A stretch of DNA of 64,000 bases from Takakia lepidozioides (Eukaryota > Plantae > Bryophyta), in contig CM060734.1 in assembly GCA_030704615.1 (NCBI GenBank), positions 57,598,001 to 57,662,000 of the forward strand. Reading direction: 5' to 3'. Below, piece by piece: positions 1-11,656 of the stretch. The notes beneath the pieces were generated by a model. The model was not told the origin of the DNA. It did no database searches and saw nothing but the letters and a program-made list of their open reading frames with translations. A program made the translations under genes and the position numbers. Positions within the stretch are counted from its first letter, which is position 1; each line of letters starts with the position of its first letter.

Positions 1-1250
1 GTATAGTTCATGCAGGATTTCAACGCACGGACGGGGTTCGTATCCAGGGTATGGAACTCATGTACATGACAATCCCGTCACAGGGAATTGATTGGTGATG
101 TAATCAGTGGGAGAGAACATAGTAGCGTATCAAAATGTTGTACGCAAGAGAGACACCGCTGCCACCAAAATGTTTGAGAGGGAGAGAGAGGGGTTTTAAT
201 TGGTAACCCTATCCCCGCATGCACGCAGTAGTAGATTCTAAGTGTTTTAGTGGTGTTGGCATGCAGGCCAAGCCTTAAGTATAGAGAGTTGGCAAAAGGT
301 CATATCAAGTCCTTTGCCAGGTTCGGACAATATGTCTGTTAAGGTGAGGTGTCTCTATTTTTCCCTACCCTGTTAGTTCCAAGTATTGATCATTTTCTGT
401 GAAGCGGTTGTGTGATGCATTTTTATTGAATAGACCATGCTTTCAGTCACCGACAAAAGAAATTTGCTGGTCAATGTGACTGGCAGTCACGGTTATTGGA
501 TCACTGAGTTATTTCTTCAACATGAAAAAGTTGGTTGGTCGCTGTTGTGGATTGCTGCTGAAGTGATGTTTGTGGAGCTTGTTGCTTGTAGCCTGGTTTG
601 TGCAAGGCTGTGGTTGAAACTGTTGCTACCAATCTGCACACCGGTGGTATCACAGAAAAGTACAAGATCAGACTGCAGACATAACCACAATAAGGAGGTC
701 CTTTCGAAAGAGGATCAGGCAAATCCACCTTGGGTGAAAACAGAGCTAGCTACCATGGATGTTGCATGGATATCAGATTATGTCTCTAATTCTGGTGTGA
801 ACATTAGAGCTTCAGTGAACGTTCACGATGGGCGTCGAGGTTCTGGTGGGATTGACGAGTATGGGCAAAGGACAGAGTCTGGGCAAGCATGGGCTATGGA
901 GGAATGTGAGTGTCACCTACAATTGAAGGCAGCCTTGGCCGCCACAATTTCATCTAGTGTCTTCTGCAATGTGGTTGTTGGTATGTTTGGCGGTTTTTGT
1001 GTACATGAGGCAGAGAAAGAGCCTTTAATGACTCTAATACTATCTAATGCTATACAGGAACTCCTCGATAAGGACTGGCACAATCAAGTTCTCATGTTGT
1101 TGCAATTCACGTACACAGGTCAAGCAATGAGCATCGAACAACTCGGGCAGGAGTTATTCCCAAATCCTGGAGGCTGGGGGGGCGGTAGGTTTGAAAAGGT
1201 GAGACAACCATCCTTCAGGACATGAAAGAGCTTGTCAAGGAGGTTGTGAG
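1..1250 (+). mobile_element. Possible degenerate LINE remnant
   Basis: Near position 10 the sequence reads MQDFNARTG, resembling the GDFNAR motif of LINE APE endonucleases. The downstream ORF 437-1225 has no recognisable host-gene motif. Confidence 0.25.
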
Positions 1251-1703
1251 ACTAAAGCTGGCATCATAGTGTTTTGTGCATTACCAAGTTGTTTGAAAGA
1301 TGCTCGGAGTGTTGGTGTGTGGTCAAAAGCTGTGGCCACTTGTGGTGTTCACAGAGAAGTCCAAGATCACCTAGCTTCTTCACACATCCTTGCAGAAAGT
1401 CGGCCATTTGGTTTGAGAGTTGGGTGAAAGCACAGCTAGCTGGCATTGAACAGGGTCGAGCACAATCTGGTGATGGTCCTAATGGCGGTGTACAGAATGG
1501 AGCTCCAGGCCAAGCATACAATTGGTATTGCTTTGAGGATGATTCCAACTTTAACAACATGTAACTACTGGTCCAGCTTATTCTCAAAGTAAATGACTGC
1601 TGTAGAATGTCTATCAAGAAGCCTAAGATATCTTTCTTGGAAGTATGAATGAGCTTCGAGTTCAGTGTAATGGTTTGTGTCTAAGGGTTGTTAGCCATGT
1701 AGG

Positions 1704-4242
1704 ATGGCAGGGTTGAATGAGGCACAGCTGTTTGTTGGACATCAGACCATCAGCAGGGGTGATACCATCACCACTGCTTTAAAAAGAGGACCAAGAGCAG
1801 GAGTCAACAAGAACTCTTCTGGCTCTTCTGGACATTTGAGGGCACTATGTAAAGCAGGACGCCTGAAAGAGGCACTGCATATTCTGAACCAACGAGGCAT
1901 TCAAGGAGACGCCAGTAGTTATGTATGTCTCTTGCGGGAGTGCATCAACATCAAAGATCTAGCAGAAGGAAAGCGGGTGCATGCTCAGATCGTCCAAAGT
2001 GGATTCAAGCCAAACATCTTTGTATTTAACGCCCTTGTCAACATGTATGCCAAGTGTGGTAGTGTGGTGGATGCACGTCAAGTGTTTGACAATATGCTTG
2101 AACGAGATATGGTTACGTGGACTATTATGATAGGAGGATATGCGAAGCATGGATTTAGTAAGGAGGCTTTTGAGATTTATGAGAAGATGCAACAGGAAAG
2201 GGTGAAGCCCAACAAGGTCACGTTCGTTTGCATTCTCAATGCTTGTGCCCGCATGGGAGCCCTGGAAAAGGGCAAAGAGGTCCATGCTGAGATTGTCAAG
2301 GCTGGAATTATGTCATATATTAATTTGGACAATACCCTTGTGGACATGTATGCCAAATGTGGGAGTATGAAGAATGCATGTCAAGTGTTCGACAATATGG
2401 CTCAACGAGATGTGGTATCATGGAACTCCATGATTGCAGGATATGCTCAGCATGGGTGTGGTAGGGAGGCTTATGAGATCTATGAACAAATGAAACGGGA
2501 AGGGGTGACACCCAGTAGGGTGACTTTCATATGCGTTCTGAATGGCTGTGCCAATCTAGGAACCTTAGAAAAGGGCAAAGAGGTCCATGTGGACCTCATC
2601 AAAGCTGGAATTGCTTTAGATGTAAATTTGGAGACTTCCCTTGCCTACATGTATGCCAAATGTGGGAGCATGAACAGTGCTCAACAAGTTTTTGACAAAA
2701 TGACTAAGCGAAATGTGGTCTCATGGAATGCCATGATTTCAGGATATTCTCAGCTTGGGTGCGGGAGGGAGGCTGTCGAAATTTACAAGCGCATGCAACT
2801 GGAAGAGGTGGTACCTGACAAGGTCACGTTCACTTGTGTTCTCAAAGCATGTGCCAGCCTAGGAGCCCTGGAGAAGGGTAAGCTGGTCCATGCTGACATC
2901 AGCAAAAGTGGAATTGTGCCAGATATTACGATGGAGAATTCCCTTGTTGACATGTATGCCAAATGTGGGAATATAAGGGCTGCCCATCACGTGTTCGTCA
3001 ATATGGCTAAACGAGATGTGGTCTCATGGAGTGTAATGATCACAGGATATGCCCAGCATGGGTTGGGCAAGGAGGCTTTTGAGTTCTATGAGAAAATGCA
3101 ATGGGACAAGGTGCCTCCTGACAAAGTCACGTTCATCTGTGTGCTCAATGTGTGTGCCAGCCTAGGAGCCCTGGAGAAGGGCAAACAGGTCCATACTGAT
3201 GTCATCAAAGCTAGAATTGCATCAGATATCAATTTGGAGACTGCCCTTGTTGACATGTATGCCAAATGTGGGAGCTTGAATGATGCTCGTCAAGTGTTCA
3301 ACAACATGGCTCAACGAGATGCAGTGTCATGGAGTGCGATGATCGCAGGATGTGCCCATCATGGCTGTGGTAGGGAGGCCCTACATTTATTTGAGCAAAT
3401 GCAGCAGGAAGGATTGAAGCCAAATGCAATCACCTTTATTTCTCTTCTTTCTGCATGTAGCCATGCAGGCCTCATGGATGAAGGCTGTGATTACTTTGAT
3501 TCCATGAGTCGAGATCATGACCTCACTCCTACGGTTGAGCATTTCGGCTGCATGGTGGACCTTCTTGGCCGTGCAGGGCGATTGGATGAGGCGGAGAAGT
3601 TACTTACCAAAATGCCATTCAAACCAGGTGCTGAGGTGTGGACGGCCTTGCTTGGTGCCTGCAATGTTCATGGGGATCTGGAGCTAGCACAACGTGCAGC
3701 AAAAAGCTTTCTCGAGAGTGATCCCCACAATGCTGCAGCTTATGTGCTGCTATCAAACATCTATGCTGCAGCTGGCAGGTGGGACGATAAAGCAAAAGTG
3801 AGAAAAATGATGGAGGTCAGAGGTGTCAGAAAGGAGGCAGGGCACAGCTGCATTGAGGTTGACAACCAGGTACATCAGTTCACTGCAGAGGACAAATCGC
3901 ATTCACAATTTGAGGAAATCCATGCTGAGCTGAAGAGACTGTCTGAAGAGATGCAGGCGGCTGGGTATGTGCCTGACACTCGATTCATATTACATGACGT
4001 CGATGAAGAGGATAAGGAACTTTCCCTGTGCCTCCACAGTGAGAAGCTGGCGATCGCTTTTGGGCTCATCAGCAGCCCCCCTGGGACACCTATCCGGGTC
4101 ATCAAAAACCTTCGGGTGTGGTGACTGCCACACTGCCACCAAGTTCATCTCAAAGATGAAGGGGCGTGATGTTGTTGTGCGTGATTCCAACCGCTTTCAT
4201 CATTTCCAAAATGGGGTTTGTTCTTGCGGGGATTACTGGTGA
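1704..4242 (+). pseudogene. PLS-class PPR-DYW RNA-editing factor with a frameshifted DYW domain (pseudogene, truncated E+ variant or sequencing error)
   Basis: Intronless 806-aa ORF of P-L-S triplets, E domains, RKEAGHSCIEV and HSEKLA. It reads LRVW-stop at 4124, while CGDCH...[16 protein letters not shown] continues in another frame to 4242. Confidence 0.9.
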
Positions 4243-5788
4243 AACAATACATATGCCTACAAGAATGTGCCTGCTTCAAATATGAGGGCAGAGAATCTGT
4301 AATTAATTTTCCAAAACAGTGTAAACTTGAAAGAAGTGGCGGTCCATTATTTGACCTCAACCCCTAAATTTTACTTACACTTCTGTTATAGCAGGAGCAA
4401 GAGAGTCAGTACTCATTTGCCTTGAGATATTGCTACCTTAACCGCAACTTCAGTTTGTTTTACACAATGCTAGTAATGATTCACTTCAAAAGCAACTCTC
4501 CACATGTGTGGAAAGCCAAGACACCTGCGTTGAATACAGTAGCAAAAGTTGAACATTTAGCACTCTCTTTTCGCTCCCCTAATGTAAGTTATGACTTGCA
4601 TTTACTACACAGGCATGGGTGCTGCCCCATGGCCTGGGGTTCTGTTTAGGCATCTCTGGTGCTTTGCTCCTCGGTATTCCATTCAAACAAGGCAGGTAGC
4701 CATTGTATCAAACTACTTCCACACATTTAGTGAGCCCCTGAAGGTGATATCCACGATCAGTCCGAGTAGCAGGGGTGGGCAACACAAACCAAGAGGACTT
4801 ACAAGTCTTAATCATGAGATCAGGACTGACCAGGGATGGAGTTCCAGACGTCCTCAAGGTCTACCATGACAGTAGTTGGATGCACCAGCCGTTATTTGAG
4901 AAAAGCTTTTTAGTTAAGTTCACATCAACAGACAAGATCTCGAGATCATAGCAGGGCACCCTAGCATTTTCCTACTTCAACAGATGGGTAGGATTTTGTC
5001 TCATTCTTGGGGGTGGCAAATAAACATTCAGACACGAAGAAAAAATGGTCAGCATGTCTCTTGCAGATGAGAGGGCCTACTTACAACATACAGCAAGCAG
5101 TCTCCAGTGAACATTGGAGCTGCCCTCACAAAATATATACACAAACCCAAACCCGTGTACGGAGTAAGCAAACCCTTTCAGAGTACTACTCGAAACACAT
5201 TAATCACAACCCCATCAAAATACAGACTTCAATTTTCAGTCAAGAAAAGAAAGGGGATAAGAAGTGATGATAATATACTTCAAGACAGCCAAAGTTTTAG
5301 GGGGTCTTCAAGCTCAAGACCATATATTCGGTAGCAGGCCTACCAAATTTGATCGCCCAACAGTAAAATAGGAGTAACTATTTCAATCCATTGGCACGCA
5401 AGTCTCTACAGCGGGTGCAACAAGAGCATTCTGACTCGACCTCCACAAGAATCTCATACAAACCTAGCATCTCCTTCACTTCGCTGCTGTGAGCATTGAT
5501 AATAGACACCTTGGAAGTAAGGCATAGAAAACACGTCAGAAGGAGCACCTCCGTGCCCGCAAGCTACATTATTCCAAACTGCCCGTCTCCAGGCAAAAAA
5601 TAGTTCTTCCCACCACAGAAACTACGGCGCTTGTCCACAGTCTCTCATCTCTCTCTCCCCATTTGTCATCGAACTCCGCGGCTTACCTCCATCACTCTGC
5701 TATAATTTGCAGCTCCACTAATCACCTGGAGGCCAAGCACCACACACAATACTGCCTTCATCTCAAGAGTGCAGACCTCACAGTCTAC

Positions 5789-5956
5789 CTAGTCAAGTTC
5801 AAGCGTCAGTTCCTCGTCCCTCTTGGACACCAAGCCCATGATGAACGGGGCGGCGCGAATGACAACGATCCACAATCCCAGGATGGTGAGATGCTGCTTT
5901 AGCTGCTTGTACGCCTCGGCCTTGTCGGGCCTGCGGGCAAGTCCTCCCAGAAACAT
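5789..5956 (-). CDS. TOM6: Mitochondrial outer membrane translocase subunit TOM6 (55 aa)
   Basis: Manual translation gives MFLGGLARRPDKAEAYKQLKQHLTILGLWIVVIRAAPFIMGLVSKRDEELTLELD, matching the plant TOM6 pattern (PDKAEA.KQL..H...G.W...IRAAP). It is below the ORF-track length cutoff. Confidence 0.88.
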   Translation of the reverse strand: MFLGGLARRPDKAEAYKQLKQHLTILGLWIVVIRAAPFIMGLVSKRDEELTLELD

Positions 5957-6820
5957 AGCTCTCCTCTCCTCTTCCTCCCTTAAATCCGCGCTTCAGTCTC
6001 CACACCGCAACGCCCACAACCTGCAAAAGATTTGTGCAGAACTCCCGACACCCAGATCGCCCAAACCAGGTCAGAATCGCTGGCAAACTTGTACACAAAA
6101 GCAATCACAGGGTTTAAGCATAGAAACCCTAAAACCCAAACAGGGAAGAAGGCCGCTGTTGCCACGTCCACACCATCCATCTTTCTTTTCACATACCAAA
6201 TAAGAGCAAAGGAAAAATTCTCAGCTTCCTTTTTATTTTTATTTTTTCTGGTTCCTTGCATGACAAAAAAGTTTCAAACAATCCAACACCTCATTCTGTG
6301 GGTGGCCCAATTCAATCCATCCATCATTTTGCATTCCTTGCCTACATACTACCAAGGCTTTGGAAATTTCTTGTCAGTGAGATGAAAGTGTAAAGGAGTC
6401 CAGTAATTGCAATTGGCAATAATTTTTAACATACATCAGTGTGTGTTAGAGAGAGATCAGCGTCTCAATGGAAAATGGTACACTGGCATAGGATGTCCTC
6501 TTCATAGTTTGCAGTTGGAAACTGAGTCACTCGCAGAAGACCATCCCCTAAAATTTGAAATCCTCACAATGCAATTTTGTGGGGTGTCCCAGGGAGGATT
6601 TTTGTTTAGTCAGCATGCGTTAGAAACTTGTAATAAAGATTGTGCTACTCTTTCAGCAGGCCAGGAAGTTCTTTGGGCCCAATAACTACTACCTCTGCCA
6701 TTGTTGCTATCCCACCTATTGCGCAGCTGGTGGGCTCCAGAAACTGATCAAGAGGTCCATCCACAGCCTCAATAACCTACATCTCAAAGTGAAGTAGAGA
6801 AAGTATAGAGGATTGATATG

Positions 6821-8409
6821 TCATGGAGTGTGCCGGCGATTCATGTACCGAATGACAGCATCTTCAACCCTGCAACCCCATCCTCTCTGCGCAAGTAAAT
6901 TTCTTTAAACAGCATCTTTCTTCACTTGATCAAGACCACATGTCTTCACTCAAGTAAAATTAAAAACTCCCTATTTGCATTTCTGATGCAACAATGTGAT
7001 GAACCTGATCGCACCATCTTGTCTGGCACTTAACAAGTGTAAAATGTGAAGAGAGAGAAAAAGAAAGAAAGAAATACAACACCAAAGGAAAAAACCAAGT
7101 CAGAAAGGATCAACAAGAATCTGCTTTCTTACAGGATTCCCAGAGTCCGTCCAAATTGCGGTATTGACTGAGGATAGGTGTCTTTCAACAGTCATGTACA
7201 CAAACAGAGAATCAGCATACCAGGGTTGATGGTAGAAATCAGATCGCCGCTCTTTCTCGGAATTGCGGCTGGCATGCCCAACAACCATCTTGAGGTCACG
7301 GCTCTGAGAGGCAATGAGGCCATTGATGAACTCAGCAGGGAGCTGACAGAAGCCCAAGAAGAAGGCCCGTTAATTTTGCAAATTGAACTGGTGATAGAGT
7401 GATCAAACATGTCAATGTCTCTGTGATTTTCAATTGGCCAGGAAGGTGGTCATCTCCTTTTGTAAGGGGGAGGGCACATTTACCGCCACATCATAGCAGG
7501 CGTTGCCCACAGGATTCCTCCCTGAAAGCTTGATACGATGTTCAATATGAATGGGCTGTGGGGGTATGGAGCCTTTGGGCCACTGAGACAAACTTGATCC
7601 GCTCCTCGCCCACCTGTAGCAATAACTTGACCGTCCTGATGACAAGGCTCATCAGAACTCATTTTAGTGTACATAGAGGATTTTATCTTGTGAGGCGGCA
7701 GGCCACGTGCTGGCCTTCCATTCCCTCTATCTAGGATGCTATTGCTACACCTGTTGTTTTCGACACTGCACTGCAGGTAGAAAGCACTCACTACAAACTC
7801 GGTATCCCCCCTCCTCTTTATTTCGAACCCCTCGACATGGTTCACCGCCCGCGCTCCATCCCAGACGATACTGTGGTTGTCCGGATACAAACGTGGGTCC
7901 AGTTGTATCGTGATTCGCTTAAAGAAAGACGAAACTTGGGTAATGAAGGACTGGATCCCTGTCTTCTGGTTCAACCACACGACCCATTACCCGTAACGTC
8001 CAAGATGGTGGCTCTCCAGGATTCCGCAACTGCTCGTGCACATTGTTCAGGCCCTGGTTGCCATCCCCACCCGCGCTATGATTCTGTGTTTGATTAGCAT
8101 AAGTGTTAAACACATACATTCTCAGTGTGCTATTCACCGTTGGAGGTGACCGCACAACCTCCCGGACATCCAGCTTCTTGCGGGTAAAGCTTTATGAACC
8201 CGCGCCTCGAACTCCAACAGCTATGTGTTTATAGCAGACTCTGGGCACATCGCTGCAACTTTGGCAGGTATCATCGTTTCTGCTACCTTTTTTTTCTTCC
8301 TCCGCGCTGCAGGTGTTATCTCTGCGGCCTTGAATGCCGACGAGCTTGGCACTGGCGCGCTTGGCACAGCGCTACGCAGACAAGGGGATACATGCAGAAT
8401 CAAACTCAC
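6821..8409 (-). pseudogene. SWP73: SWI/SNF BAF60/SWP73 (SWIB/MDM2 family) pseudogene
   Basis: Motifs [82 protein letters not shown] and, after an intron, VEDAVIRYMNR. There is an in-frame TAG at ~8221 and several frameshifts; the SWIB core and 5' end are not recognisable. Confidence 0.85.
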
Positions 8410-9572
8410 CGGTCAGATCAACAAGCGGCTAGTCGCGTAATGCCTCCACCCTACTAAAAACTCTTAAGTAGAAAATTTCCTTAAAATATTATAAATAAAA
8501 GCCTCTCATTTTAAGATAATAGGGTCTTCAATGGGCACGTGCGATGTGGTCAATGGGCCCCGCGCACGGACGCCCGGCTCCCCAGCACCCGCCCGCCCCC
8601 CCGCCCAGCCCAGCCGCGGGCGCGGCTGCAACAACAGCGCCCGCGGCCCCGTCCGCCGCGCGGCCAGTGCCCCGCCCATGAGTCCGCTGCCTCCGGTCTG
8701 CCAGTCCGCCCGTCTGCCCGCCAGTCCGCTGGCCAGTCCCCTGCCATCCAGTCCGCTGACGGCGCAGGATCGCCACCGTCCATTCCCATAACCCATCCGA
8801 GCCCTCCATTTTTAGGGCTGCGAAAATAACAATGATCTTCCCACCAAATCCCAGCCGCTCTCTTTTTACGGCTGTTTGTTGTCCGATGTTGCGGTAGGCA
8901 TTCCCATGCACGCGACTGTTCCTCTTTTGCGCGCGATGTTCATGATGATGATGAAGCGTGTGCTTGACCATGAGAGGACTGTCTCGGCACTACAGCCACC
9001 ATCGTGCATATGCTTCCACTATTTTGCCTTCTTGTTGTGCTTTCGGGAACCTTCGTTTTATGGTTTGGTTCTATGTCATAAATATGGAAAATGCGGACAT
9101 CTGTCGTCGATAACGTCCTCTGCTTGTGATCCGTCATGATACGTTTAGCCCCTTCGTACTGCATCCTTCATGAGAGCCTTCACAAGTTTAGTTCGTTAAA
9201 GGAACCCATGGGTAACATGGGCGCGAAAATGGTGGAAGCGTATGCACATGGGGGCGTGTATTGCAGATTTCGTATCGGACGATGAGACTGTTTATGTGAC
9301 CAAGTATAGCGGCTTGCATCCGTCGTACATAAGTTGTGGAAAAGGGTGGAGAATCTGAAGAAACCCAGCTTTGTGATGGATCCACATGGTATTATATAAG
9401 GGATGGCAGCACAAAAAAACAATTCGAGTCGTCACGGAACACCATCCAGTCGTAAGGTCCTCAAACATCCACACGCACCTGCTGAATGCAGATGTCTGAG
9501 CCACGACGGGAGATGTCTAAGACAATTGCATCTACAAATGCGCGTGGATGTTTGAGGTCCGTTGTGTCGCGA

Positions 9573-9874
9573 GTCTGTTCACAGGGGGTTCGCCGGCCCG
9601 TCAGTGCTTTGGATATTCCCCTTCTCGCGTGCATAACAGTCATTTTGGAGGCGGTCTGTTGGAAGTCCGTCTGTTGGGATATCAGTCTGTTGCACTTGTG
9701 AATTTGTCAGTCTGTTGTGTCGGAGGTCTGTTGCACTAAGTCTGTTTGACTTCTTATTTTTCCTCCGGTCAGTCTTTTGGCTTGTTCTCCCGCCAGTCTG
9801 GCAAAACGTCCGTCTGCTGGACAGTTCTCCTCTATGGATATCAGTCTGTTGGACTGTGCATGCATCAGTCTGTT
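9573..9874 (+). repeat. Array of GTCTGTT motifs
   Basis: Nine exact same-orientation copies at 9573, 9654, 9669, 9685, 9710, 9726, 9740, 9844 and 9868, plus variants. Confidence 0.8.
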
Positions 9875-10537
9875 GTGCCGCGAGTATGTTCGCAATGGGT
9901 GTGTTCGACTTTCCTGTTCTCCCCTTACTCTCTTTTGTCTTCATTCCGCCGATAGGGAAGTGCCTCCAATATGAAGCCGCTTCGCCTCAGCAAAGCGAAT
10001 AGTCCGCTGGACTGGCCGTCCGGTGGACTCTCGGCCCGATGGAAAATGAGTCTGCTACACTTACGAGGACCGTGGATGAATTTAGTACGATGCGTTCGTT
10101 CGGTGGGCGTATTCAATGCGATGACGGCGGATAGTTGGCGCCTGTAAAATCGCGCCACGTTGGCAGTGCCATGTCTGCTTTCCCCCTTCTACTTCTACTT
10201 TCTTCTCATGTTCCCTGTGCGATCGACTCCATTCTCTTCGCGCCTGTTTCTTCGCACAGTTTTGCACAGTTTTGTTTTCCTCTTTGCGTTTCCATCACCG
10301 TAACGAAAGACGACCGTTCTTCCCCAGGTGTGGAGAGTCGCGGTGAGCCGCGAAGCGTCGCAAACACGCTCACTTTTGTAACAACTCGAAGTTCATCGGC
10401 TCGGTGAGGTTCTCATTTGCTGCGGTGGTTCCATTCCATTCTGTGTCCTCTTCTTGCTTAGGATGAGTCTTTTCATAGGACTTCTATCTGTCGCTCTGTT
10501 GCTCATTGTCCTTGCACCTTCGTTTCATTCTGCAGCA

Positions 10538-11539
10538 ATGGAGGATGCTTGTGAAAAGGGTGGAGCGGACTGGGTGGATTTTGTGCACCAAACCAGACTG
10601 AAGAAGGAGCGAAGGTACTGGTACTCACCAGACGAGTTTGATCATAAAATAGTGGAAGCATTTGTAGACCTCCGCGCCCAGAAGCCCAAAAACTCGAATC
10701 GGCAGAAGGACAAGCTCTTCTGTCGCTTATGTGAAGAGGTAATCAAGGACAAAATCCAACTAAATCGGCATTGTGTTGACACGGGTTGCAAGGAGACTGT
10801 TGCAATGATTCCACGGGATTTCAAGCCTTGGCCGATACTGAAAGAAATGTCGATTGTCGAAGAGGCCACAATGCGCTTGCGCGGATCAGTGCTTGACCCC
10901 CGCACTTTGGAATTAGACGAAGTGCGCGCACGGTATGGCGTCCATTGTGGTGGCCCGTCAATGGAGGATTTGCAAGTGCAGGGAATGCCGGACGCTCCCA
11001 GAAAACGTAAACTGAGTGATGGGGCCCAAAAAAAGGAGAGGCAAAAAAAAAAAAGGCTGCAAGGTCTGCTCGCGAGGCAAGGGCAAAATCCACGCAACAG
11101 ACTGAACCCTGTCCTGGGCGGCAGACCCACACCATCAGTACTGATACTGAAAGTGAATCTGCTCAGGGCTGGAAGGGTGACAAGTCCAGTGGACATTGAC
11201 TTGCCTGACCAGACTCGGCAGCAGACTCACACAAATATCGCGACCCATGCCATCGGTTTAGGGTCAAAACCAAAAACTCAACAGAGCACTGAAGGGCCAG
11301 TCTGCCCTGGCACATTGCGCCTCGTTGACTTTGGGCTTTTCCCACCAGAGTGCCCACCAATTGGGGATCCAGACTTCTTCCGTTATTTCTACAGAGTTGC
11401 CCAGTCAGGTCTGCTACGCACATTCATCCGACAGGCGGAACAGAACTGGTTGAACAGCTTTGAAGATGAAGATGACGATGATGAAGTAGAGGAGGTAATG
11501 GTCAGTCTGACCGCCCAGTCTGTTCTCTGTGTTGTTTGA
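10538..11539 (+). CDS. Unknown protein with a C2HC-like zinc finger, probably transposon-encoded and degenerate
   Basis: ATG at 10538 follows a likely 5'UTR intron acceptor (TGCAG). Motif FCRLCEEVIKDKIQLNRHCVDTGC, a basic NLS-like stretch (PRKRK), and an acidic tail. The A-run at ~11043-11054 may shift the frame. Confidence 0.4.
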   Translation: MEDACEKGGADWVDFVHQTRLKKERRYWYSPDEFDHKIVEAFVDLRAQKPKNSNRQKDKLFCRLCEEVIKDKIQLNRHCVDTGCKETVAMIPRDFKPWPILKEMSIVEEATMRLRGSVLDPRTLELDEVRARYGVHCGGPSMEDLQVQGMPDAPRKRKLSDGAQKKERQKKKRLQGLLARQGQNPRNRLNPVLGGRPTPSVLILKVNLLRAGRVTSPVDIDLPDQTRQQTHTNIATHAIGLGSKPKTQQSTEGPVCPGTLRLVDFGLFPPECPPIGDPDFFRYFYRVAQSGLLRTFIRQAEQNWLNSFEDEDDDDEVEEVMVSLTAQSVLCVV

Positions 11540-11656
11540 GTCCATCATCGGGGTCACGTTGTGTCGCGGCCCTTTGCCTTGAGGGCAGGGAGGTCGGGAC
11601 ACAAGAGGGGCTGCCCCTGTGGTGGGGGCAGTAGCAGCGATAGGTACAGGGGCTGA

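Noticed and set aside
8506-8971. Several overlapping GC-rich ORFs
   Set aside because: Open frames on both strands are expected from the extreme GC content; no protein motifs.
9573-9874. CRISPR-like array
   Set aside because: The repeats are only 7-9 nt with irregular spacing, in a eukaryotic context with no cas genes.
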